From Mugil cephalus (taxonomy: Eukaryota), in contig NC_061789.1 in assembly GCF_022458985.1 (NCBI RefSeq), positions 11,607,707-11,624,174 on the forward strand: 16,468 nt of DNA, written 5' to 3'. Each line of letters starts with the position of its first letter. The stretch's first letter is position 1. The notes beneath the pieces were generated by a model, which saw nothing but the letters and a program-made list of their open reading frames with translations, was not told the DNA's origin and did not search any database. Position numbers and translations under genes: made by a program. Below are positions 1 through 9,147 of this stretch, one piece after another.

Positions 1-471
1 CTGTGTCAGGTGAGTGGTACATTCCTAACCCAGGGCTAAAAGTTCCCCAGCACAACACTGAATTGTCACAATGTGTTCAATGTTATTTACTTCTCCCATC
101 TGTGGTTTTAATGTTGTGGCTTATCGGTGTATCATGCCAGTAGAGCATCCACATTACTTTCAAGCAGAACGGAAACAGCTGATAGAAAACTGACACTTTT
201 TTTCAAAATCAGATATCTCATTGGCTCAATTTCTCTTTCACAACTAAAGTCATCGATGGACCAATTCAAGAAAAAATAAATAGATAAATTGTGCAGAAAC
301 GTCTTGCTTTGACCTTAAAGCAGTAGTCGCAAGAAACTTTTTCCGCACTGAGTACATCCATTTGAAGTAAACTGTGGTACTTTGACAGTGATGTATCAGC
401 ACTGTCAGTGGAGTGAATGCTCTGAATACCTCCTCCTCTTAAAAACAAACAGAGCAGTTGTACCTTCTCAC

Positions 472-548
472 TTGGTATGTCGTCCAGAACTGAGCCCTGG
501 GGTTTTTTCTCAGGAGGAAAGCAGCTGTCACGATGACATCTTCAAAAT
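472..548 (-). CDS. mettl23: mettl23 coding exon (2 nt + 25 codons: (D)FEDVIVTAAFLLRKNPRAQFWTTYQ); acceptor catttcag at 549..551(-); 3' boundary uncertain (phase-0 donor GTGAGA at 471..466, or read-through to TAA at 441..439)
   Basis: The phase-1 junction with the previous exon recreates GAT (Asp). The translation matches human 'EDFEDILATIYFLMHKNPKVQLWSTYQ'. What follows is ambiguous and is discussed in the findings. Confidence 0.6.
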
Positions 549-772
549 CTGAAATGTTTAACAACTCATTAGTCTTACTGACATAACCTATATTGGAAAG
601 GCTGTTTTATGTTTTTTATTTAACGAACAACTTAGAGTTTACTAAAAATTTAAATATAAATGTATTCGATCCTCAGCTTTGGAGCTTTAACAAGATTAGT
701 TTTCGCTTTAAAAGATAATAATGTCTAATAGCCTAAATGAATGTCTGAATGTGTTGCTGCACACAGACTGAC

Positions 773-1010
773 CATCGGGGTCGTAAAAGACATCTGAGCC
801 GAGAATGACGTCCAGCTGGGGAAGCAGGATGAGGTCCGGTGAGATCTCGCCCCAGCTGAGACCCAGCACGCGAACATCTCGGAGGCCGTTGGCTTCGCAG
901 CTGCGCCTGCAGTTCTCCAGACACAGCGGCTTGTTTGCGCTGTCCGACAGGATCACCTGAGCGCCGCACCTCGCTGCCACCACACCTGGCAGACTCACAC
1001 CTGCACCGAG
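773..1010 (-). CDS. mettl23: mettl23 coding exon (79 codons + 1 nt) encoding SAM-binding motif I (LGAGVSLPG), motif II and motif post-II (DVILGSDVFYDP); acceptor tttgtttccag, donor G|GTCAGT
   Basis: It is part of the six-frame ORF 708..1031(-). The segment LGAGVSLPGVVAARCGAQVILSDS...LRDVRVLGLSWGEISPDLILLPQLDVILGSDVFYDP aligns to human METTL23 IGAGVSLPGILAAKCGAEVILSDS...LQVVGLTWGHISWDLLALPPQDIILASDVFFEP. The splice phases are consistent with the flanking exons. Confidence 0.9.
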
Positions 1011-1200
1011 CTGGAAACAAACAGGGTGCACACGCTTTCATGGCATTTTCAAGTTAAGGCGGACAGCTTTGTAGTGTCAGTTTGAATTAAGTTTAAAATG
1101 TGCTTTTAGATTACTCATGTTTCACTAGTTTTTCTGCTGAAGGCCTCACGTGTTAACAGGTTTTTGCAGACTGCATTAAATGGAATGTGCTCCAGCTCAC

Positions 1201-1305
1201 CTCCAGCACCGTCCTGCCTCTCAGCTCCTCCCTGTGTGTCCACAGGTACTGAGCCAGCACCACTGCACAAGGCCACACATACATGCCATACTGAGGATCC
1301 AGAAC
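1201..1305 (-). CDS. mettl23: mettl23 coding exon (35 codons, VLDPQYGMYVWPCAVVLAQYLWTHREELRGRTVLE); acceptor tttctttcag, donor GTGAGC
   Basis: The reverse-complement translation matches human METTL23 '...VQYGMYVWPCAVVLAQYLWFHRRSLPGKAILE' almost residue for residue. Canonical AG/GT sites flank it, and phase 0 on both sides continues into LGAGVSL of the next exon. Confidence 0.85.
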
Positions 1306-1317
1306 CTGAAAGAATTA

Positions 1318-1341
1318 TAAATAAATAATAATAATAATAAA
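1318..1341. repeat. (ATA/AAT)n microsatellite in a mettl23 intron
   Basis: The sequence is ttataaataaataataataataataaag. Confidence 0.85.
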
Positions 1342-1525
1342 GAATTTCAGCTAGTCAAGATCCTGTGTAAATCAACATGTACACTGAACTTAAATTCATG
1401 TTTTTTGAAGCATGTTTAGCACCCCGATCATATAGCAGCAAAATGCAGCAACATAAACCAGTTTCATATAAACCTCTTTTGTATAATACACACCCATCAT
1501 GATGCATTTATGACTTTAAACAGAC

Positions 1526-1630
1526 CTCTGGTATGGAAACACAAAGTGACTCCTGTGTGTGTGTCTTGTTGTCTTCAAACGTGAAAACTTTATACGCTAT
1601 ACTGGAGGTTTCTGCGTCACTGCGGTCCAT
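1526..1630 (-). CDS. mettl23: mettl23 candidate first coding exon (35 codons, MDRSDAETSSIAYKVFTFEDNKTHTQESLCVSIPE); ATG at 1630..1628, phase-0 donor GTCTGT at 1525..1520
   Basis: The reverse-strand reading frame runs from an ATG in phase 0 into the next exon (VLDPQYG...). It lies in the divergent promoter facing jmjd6. There is weak resemblance to the human METTL23 isoform-1 N-terminal extension (FTFEDN versus FRFEEDG). The donor is non-optimal (GTCTGT). An alternative start is the internal Met of the next exon (MYVWP). Confidence 0.45.
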
Positions 1631-2216
1631 TGCGCGAGCTAACACACTTTTAAATTACATAATTACATCGCCTGATGTTTGGCGTTGGGTTTAAATCAAT
1701 AAGTTTAATTGAAATCCATGTGGATAGTTTATCACTAGCAGCCACGATGGGATCTACTTCCGCGTTGACAAAAAAATCATAAGAATGACGGTTTGAAAAG
1801 CCAATGAAATCTACGGGCGGGAAGGCTCGCTCTACAGTCCAACCAATCAACGCTTTGGCTCTTTTGAGCCGCCAGCCAATGAGCGCTCTAGTCTACGTTG
1901 GGGGCGGGCACAAGTCGTGTCGCTCACTGCTAGCTCCAGTAGCTACCCTGTTAGACGGTTATCAAACTGTGTAGACCAGGCAGGTTTTGAAAGTGCTACC
2001 ACCACGTCTGTTTGTACACATTTAGAGAGTGTGTTTTTTTTAAACATATCAACCGACTTGGGGCTTTGCTGTCAAATAATTAAGGTGGGAGTGGAAGTAG
2101 TGCGCAACTAGCCGGGTATCAGTGCAGGCTAGTGAATGTGTTTGTGTGGTAGCCCCGGGTTAGCTCCATAGCTAGCTGAGCAGCACACGTCTTCTCTTTA
2201 AAAGCCAGGAGGAGGA
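1631..2216. promoter_or_regulatory. Shared divergent (bidirectional) promoter / 5' leaders of mettl23 (-) and jmjd6 (+): CCAAT boxes at 1801-1805, 1843-1847 and 1876-1880; GC boxes GGGCGGG at 1815-1821 and GGGGCGGG at 1901-1908; no TATA box
   Basis: The two start codons (1630 on - and 2217 on +) diverge from this 586-bp CpG-rich segment. Multiple CCAAT boxes plus Sp1-type GC boxes and no TATA are the typical signature of vertebrate bidirectional promoters. The same head-to-head gene pair exists in human. Confidence 0.7.
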
Positions 2217-2345
2217 ATGAACCATAAGAGTAAGAAGAGGATTAAAGAGGCGAAAAAGAGCGCCAGGCCCGAGCTGAAGGACTCATTAGACTGGATAAAA
2301 CACGGCTATCATGAGACTTTCGACCTGTCACACCGCACCGTGAAG
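2217..2345 (+). CDS. jmjd6: jmjd6 exon 1 (43 codons [43 protein letters not shown]); donor GTAACT
   Basis: It matches the human JMJD6 N-terminus [35 protein letters not shown]. The ATG has Kozak context ggaggaATGa, and the exon ends in phase 0 at a GT donor. Confidence 0.9.
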
Positions 2346-3433
2346 GTAACTGTCAATGTAGCCGTGGAGGGCTAAGCTAACTGTGGCTAGCCGCCGGTGG
2401 GCGCAGGAGTGCAGCCCGTCACGTAGACAATGTAGGAGTCGCACATACCTGGGACAGACAAGATTTATTTTATTTGCAACAAACATGAATACAGAAAGTC
2501 GGGCCTGAAAGAAGTATTCAAACAATGATTAAATTTATTAATACAAAATATATTTAAAGTGCTAAAAATAACGTGCTTATTATCTAATACACGGCGTTTA
2601 AAATAGTTGTTGCGATTGGTCAAGAGGGTATCAGTTAACAGACTGTATTTAGCAACGTGTAAAGAAGATTTTCACTGAGTACTTGAGTTGTGTGCACGGA
2701 GAAGAAGGAAGTATTGTTTCTCATCAGTGGTATTTAACTGTCAGGAGTGAAGGTGGGGGGTTTTAAGTTTGGGGAGGGGGACAGTACATTGTTCAGCCTG
2801 ACAACCTGAGGAAAGAAGCTGTTGAGCCTTTTGGATGAATCTTACATTTGAATCTTGCGTAACTTCACCCTGAGAGCATTAGGGAGACGGGACGGGAGGA
2901 ATGATGTGCGTCTTTAATGGTGGGGGTGTGTTTACGGACCCAGCGCTGCGTGTGTAAATCCAACAAGCAGGGAAGTGGATGCCGGTTTATGTGTTGACCT
3001 CAGCTGGGAGCCTATAAATCTTTGCACTGGTGTTTATTCAGCCGAATAAACGGATGTGTTCAGATGTGTGTTTGGTGGGGACGGTCAGCAGCAGCACAGG
3101 GCACTCAGGTCCCCTAATGAGGGGCCATGTTTGTCCTTCACATAATTCACTGGAGGCTTGCTCGTCATCAACACACACTGCAGCACTTTACACAGCTCAA
3201 ACCAGCTCTGCCACAGTTTATTGGAGAGAGCCAGGTTAAAAATAAGTTGTTAAACCAGCTCTGAAACCTGAGTGTGTTTTCAGTGGCACGCTTCAGTTTG
3301 CGTTGTTATTTTATCTTAGTTTGTTTTTGTTTTTTTTGATGCTGCAAAAACACAAAGGAACCGCAATTTCCTGTCATTTAGAAAGGCATCGGAGTATCAC
3401 ACTGTTTACACAGCATCTTCTATCGTGTTGCAG

Positions 3434-3822
3434 GACAACGTCGAGCGCGTGGACACCCTCCACCTCACTCCCGAAGAGTTCATCCAGCGCTTCGAGCGGC
3501 CCTACAAGCCCGTCGTCCTCCTCAACTGCCAGGAGAGCTGGCCCGCCCGGGAGAAATGGACCCTGGAGCGCCTCAAGCGCAAGTACCGCAACCAGAAGTT
3601 CAAGTGCGGCGAGGACAACGACGGCTACTCCGTGAAGATGAAGATGAAGTACTACGTGGAGTACCTGGAGTCCACCAGGGACGACAGCCCGCTCTACATC
3701 TTCGACAGCAGTTACGGCGAACACGCTAAGCGGCGGAAGCTGCTGGAGGACTACCAGGTGCCGGTGTTCTTCAGGGACGACCTGTTCCAGTTTGCTGGAG
3801 AGAAACGAAGGCCACCTTACAG
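3434..3822 (+). CDS. jmjd6: jmjd6 exon 2 ([129 protein letters not shown] + 2 nt)
   Basis: It is part of ORF 3425..3865(+). The translation is near-identical to human JMJD6 residues about 44-173. The acceptor is gttgcag, the donor is AG|GTGCTC, and the exon ends with two nucleotides of a split codon. Confidence 0.95.
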
Positions 3823-4394
3823 GTGCTCATTTTTTATTTTCTCCGTCATTTATCGTCAAACTTAAGGACATTTAGTTAATGATTAAATCTGAATGAATAA
3901 ACACGGCCATTTTGATCCATTTCTTCAGAAATGACTAATAGTCTGATATCTAGTGATGTGAGAGGAGTTAAATATTAATTATTAAGTTGTGTGTTGTTCT
4001 TGTGATGTTAACTATTACTTAATACATGTTAAATCTAATGAAATATTCACTGCACCTATGACTTTTCAGCTTTTTTGTTAAAACAAAAAACACCGGTTCA
4101 TGTGAGCAGTGAGGCTGCAGTTCTCACTGCAACTACACTAATTATAGTAATTGTTAATTAATTTTTTTAATAATCACAGTTACGAAAAGTGAAGATTAGT
4201 GCTGAAGATGATGGGAAGTGTCAGAGGTGTAGTATCTGTGTTTGCCAGCAGGTGGAGACTCTTCCTTTTGAATGAATGTGTGTGAACCACCTCCTTGGTG
4301 AAGACATTCAGTGTTACTATGTTCAGGATGTGTTTATGAGGTTATTTGCTTTTTAAATTCAGAATATAAGCCAAGCTTATTTTGATTTCATTAA

Positions 4395-4736
<342 letters not shown>

Positions 4737-5292
4737 TGAAGAAGCATCATTTTAATTCATTTAAACTTAATCTGTTGTTTGTTTTTTTGGATGATATGAG
4801 CCACTCTTTAAAGTACAGGCTTTTAATTTTCTGTCGTACCCATGAATAAATTGTAAACAATCAGCAATAAATTGATCCTGGACACCATCAGGTCGTAGCT
4901 CCAGTTATAGTCCGTTAATATCTGACATCTGGTGATGCTGCACACTCCAACTACATCCTGAGAGAACAGACTGAACCAAACGGCTTCTCTCTCATCTGTG
5001 ACATTGTTTGGTGACTGAGCAGTGACCCGACAGTTCCCACAGCTCTGTGTGTAGTGGAACAGGAAGTGGCCCAGATTAACCTAATGCCAACGCAGCTGAT
5101 GGTGACGAGGATGGATTAAACTCTCAGCTGCTCCTTGTGCACAGCTCCAAGATTTATACCTCGCCTGTTTGACTGTAAACAACAACCAGACAACTTCACA
5201 ACAGAGACCCACGCCCTGTTATTGTGTCTTTAACCTCAGCCTTTACACAGTAGTCAAAGATAACTTCAGATGTCTTGTTTTGTCTGATTTAA

Positions 5293-5577
<285 letters not shown>

Positions 5578-5678
5578 TGAGAAACGTCCTGCACGTCCTC
5601 CTTCAGTATCAGTAGTTTAGATGGTTCATTAAACTGGTCTCAGACGTATTTCTGAATTCGTTTTTTTTGTCGGTTCAG

Positions 5679-5817
5679 TATTTTGAAGCAGGAGCGGCCG
5701 GACCTGGCAGCGCTGGCAGACAAAGTAGACCTGCAGGAGTCCACGGGCATCGCGTCGGACAGCTCCAGCGACTCTTCATCGTCCTCGTCCTCCAGCTCGT
5801 CAGACTCCGACTCTGAT
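5679..5817 (+). CDS. jmjd6: jmjd6 exon 5 ((R)[46 protein letters not shown]; poly-Ser/acidic tract); acceptor ggttcag, donor GTATGT
   Basis: The Arg codon CG|T is split across a 102-nt intron. The translation matches human [46 protein letters not shown]. The - strand ORF 5640..5840 is only the antisense shadow of this exon. Confidence 0.93.
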
Positions 5818-5925
5818 GTATGTGTTAAAACACAAACCACACTCTGAAACAGTTGTAAACAGGGAGGTTAGACTCGTCGTGTGGTGACGGTGCGTCAGAC
5901 TGAGTCTGTCCTGTCTTCCCTGCAG

Positions 5926-6057
5926 GCGGAGTCGGGCTCCGAGGGCGACGCCATGTCCCACCGCAGGAAGAAGAGGCGGACCTGCGGGATGACGGCCAAC
6001 GGAGACACCAGTGGCCAGGACGACTGCGTCAGCAAGGAGAGGAGCTCGTCCCGGTGA
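5926..6057 (+). CDS. jmjd6: jmjd6 exon 6, terminal ([43 protein letters not shown]; basic NLS RRKKRR), stop TGA 6055-6057
   Basis: The acceptor is cttccctgcag, after a 108-nt intron. The translation matches the human C-terminus [43 protein letters not shown]. The total CDS is 1212 nt, giving 403 aa, the same length as human JMJD6. Confidence 0.93.
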   Translation, partial: AESGSEGDAMSHRRKKRRTCGMTANGDTSGQDDCVSKERSSSR

Positions 6058-6231
6058 CCTCCAGCTCGCAGCCGGCCTCCCGCCGCGGCTCCTCTGCTCC
6101 GAAACAGACCGACGTCTCTGGCTGCTTCTAGTCTAGTTTAGGTAAACGTCTGAACAGAGGCCGCGTGGCTGTCTCTAGAGATAAGATGGACGCTGTTGAG
6201 AGGCAAGGTGAAGATAAGGAGGAGGATCCTC

Positions 6232-6249
6232 GGGGGAGGGGGGGGGGGG
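6232..6249 (+). repeat. G-homopolymer tract (GGGGGAGGGGGGGGGGGG) on the jmjd6 sense strand within its 3' UTR
   Basis: Seen directly. It is about 175 nt after the stop codon, and more G-runs follow at 6340-6358 and 6409-6417. Confidence 0.9.
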
Positions 6250-9147
6250 CTGCTGGAGACCAGCCACTACTGTGCTTTCCAACAACAATCAATATCTGTT
6301 TGTCTCTGTAGCTTCTTCAGACATGGACATGGACTGGATGGGGTTTGGGGATGGGGGGTGACTCTCGTGGGCTGATCTTTAAACCTCTGGGCTGCTGTCA
6401 CAAATAGAGGGATGGGGATGTTTTCTTTTAAAGGTAAAGTTAAATCACTTGCTGCCGTCAGGGGAGGAGAAAATAACGTTTGACTTCGGCTGCGCTGCTT
6501 TAAGACAGAATTACCAGCGGCCAATTAGACGTCAACTGTGTGAATGCTGCGTTCAAGACAAGTAGAATTTCTAAACGGATGTAAACGGACGTCTGACTTA
6601 TGGAACAGCAATTTAGTCGGTTATTACATGTGACGGGTTCTTACATCTGTCACATCTGAGCTCAGCTCATCCAGTTGCGTGACGCTGCAAAACTCAGAGC
6701 TCCGACTCATTGACTTGGGAAATTTCCAACCTTGACTTGAACGCAGCATTAAACCGTCAGGCCTCTAGTTTCACAGTAGTGACGTCACAGCGCTGTACGT
6801 TAATCCAGATCAGGGAAAAGAAGGAATTCAAAAGTCCTAAATTCACTTTGCACATTTGTTGAAGCCCTCGTCATGTTTCTGCTTCACCCTCACGGTGTCG
6901 GGTCACGGATACGGCTGTCGGGTCAAAACACGTAAACCACACAGACGTATAATAGTTATAATAACTGGCTTCGTGTCAGGCGGTCAGGTGGCTTCTGAAG
7001 CTTCTTCCCCCGACAGCTGCTGTAGGCGTGTGTCTTCTCGTTGCCAGTAGCTGCGTGTTTTCATCCGTTTCTAAGCCGTTTGTCTGAAGAACCTGAATCC
7101 AGATCGTCCACCAGTCTCCTCAGATCACTGTCCTTTAGAGAAACTCTCCACCTCCACAAGACTAAAACACATCTCTGCTTCAGTGACCGTCTCTTCAGTC
7201 AGCCAGCCTTAACAAAGAAAAAGCATTTAAAAGCTTCAGACTTCCTGCCTGCGGTCGGTGTTTGTATTAAATACAGACTCTGGTCGTGTTGATGTTGAAG
7301 CAGCTGCTCAGCTTTCAGTTTGTGTTCTCAGGTGGGTTCAGCAGCCTCCGTGATGTCCTGCCCGCTTTGTGCCATACGCTGCAGAGACAAACAGAGTGCG
7401 TTTAATCCGCCGGAGGATCTTTGGCTCCGGCGGGTTTTGCAGAGTTTATTCGCGTCTGATCAGGTTCCGCGTCGCGTTGAACACGAGCCGAAGCTTGAGC
7501 CGATGCCAGAGGAGAAGACGTGTCGTCGTCTAAAGCTGCAGGGAGGACGAGTCGAACCTGCAGCAGCTGATCATTTCATCATTCATAAATCTGCTAATTA
7601 AAGCTGAGAGATTAGTCCGTTAAGCACTGCGGCAACTTACAGCAACTGGTTAATTAATTCTTAAAACAGCAATGCCATTATTTGTTTGTTATTGTTTCCT
7701 TGTTGTCGTGAATCCATTTGACGTCACTTTTCTGCTTTTTATTACAAACGGCACCCGAACTCCTCAATTTATTGAAACGGTTTAAACGTCCATCACCTTT
7801 TACTTCAAGAAGCAGTGACATAAATAAACTATGAGGTTAAAAATGGACTCGACCAAACAGGTAGATTTACTAAGATGCTTTACAGAATCTTTATTTACGT
7901 CTTTAATACTGTTGAATAAATGAGGAGTGAGCTCTTCTGACTGGGAGGTGATAAATGAATCGCCTGCTGCCGCCCATTTCTTATTGGTTTAATATTCTAC
8001 GAAGTGTCCTGACGACGTCTTCAGATGTTAAATATCCAAAATATTCAGTTAGTTTGAGAGAAAGCAGCGGTTTGAGAGTCTTGAACCCGAGCGCATAAAT
8101 CACTGTCGTTGCAGCTCATGTTAATCTGTGGCTTTAGACTAAAGTGCCTATAACGTAAAGTTTGTCGTCGGCTGCGAGGTGTGTTGTGACTGACTGTAGG
8201 GGGCGTTGTGTTTTTACCTGTCCTAAAAATGAACTAAAGGCACTATGTTGGTCCGTGAGGCCGGTCACACGGTGCCTTCGGGCGTTCTCCCGTCCTTCGT
8301 CAGCTGCACTGGTCCACGACGGGGACGAGGATGAGGAAGGAGACGGGACGCTCAGACAGACGCTGATGTGATCAGTTTCATTCTGTTGCTCAATAAAAAC
8401 CTTTTCTATGACTAAAAACACGTCTCTGACACTTTCATTCAGACCCGTTTTTATTTATTTATTTATTTTAAATAATTTATCTGGTCACTTATTCTATTTC
8501 TGACATAAGATAAAGATAGATAAACATTCTCACTGACAGTACTGTCTAAAAAAGATGTGTTAACTCATGCACATTAGTCATTTGAATGCGTTAAATCAAA
8601 ATTACTAGAAAATTTACCAAAGTCTGTTTTCAATAAGAATAAAACGATCAGTTATAATAAGTCACAATTTGAAAAGTGAAAGTCTGACTTAGTATTGCAA
8701 ACTTATTTTATTCAACTGAGGCGTAATATAAGTTTGAGCGAGATAATTAAATCACTTTATCATTAAATATGTTTTCTGCTGGACTAATTCTGTGTTTATC
8801 TAAATTTAAAGAATAAGGACACTGTTCTACATATTCAAACTTTATGTTTTTACTTCATTGCGTCCAGGCAGTCATCTCATATAAAATAAGTCAATGTGAA
8901 TATTACATAAATACTTTGTCATCACTTAGAAACCGTCCTGCGCTTGATGTCTTTTATTTTGAAAGCAGAATTTGAACTCCCGTGCATGTGACTTGTAAGG
9001 TCTTTTATTTTGAAAAGGCGCGTCTGTGCCCTCAGATTATAGTGTGTGGATGCTGGATGCGGCTCAGTATGTGTGTAACCGCAGCCTGACCGACACACGC
9101 CGTCCTCCTCCTCCTCCTGAACACTTTGACTTCCACAAGCTCTCATC

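Noticed and set aside
733-1041. ORF 733..1041(-) (102 aa, Arg/Pro-rich), and the MHPVCFQ N-terminal extension of ORF 708..1031(-)
   Set aside because: It is the alternative frame of the mettl23 exon. The extension is intron sequence upstream of the tttgtttccag acceptor. The ORF track also uses non-ATG starts.
1650-2111. ORFs 1650..1850(-) and 1917..2111(+) inside the divergent promoter / leaders
   Set aside because: They have no homology. ORF 1917 starts at GTG. The region is better explained as promoter (CCAAT and GC boxes) and 5' UTR.
3303-3724. Long ORFs 3303..3635(+) and 3374..3724(-) overlapping jmjd6 exon 2
   Set aside because: They are alternative-frame and antisense read-through of a GC-rich exon, with Ser/Ala/Thr-rich low-complexity products. 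The in-frame jmjd6 reading (ORF 3425..3865) has unambiguous homology and consistent splice phases.
4106-4130. 8-bp inverted repeat GCAGTGAG...CTCACTGC with a 9-nt loop in jmjd6 intron 2
   Set aside because: It is too short for a pre-miRNA or snoRNA and falls within chance expectation for intronic sequence.
5640-5840. ORF 5640..5840(-) encoding an acidic peptide ([16 protein letters not shown]...)
   Set aside because: It is the antisense shadow of the jmjd6 exon 5 poly-Ser/Asp tract (TCC/TCG/GAC codons read in reverse).
8134-8421. Overlapping ORF pair 8134..8421(-) and 8162..8371(+)
   Set aside because: They are short, on a mutually antisense GC-rich patch, with no recognisable domain, no matching splice sites and non-exon-like codon usage. 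They could be UTR or intergenic sequence.
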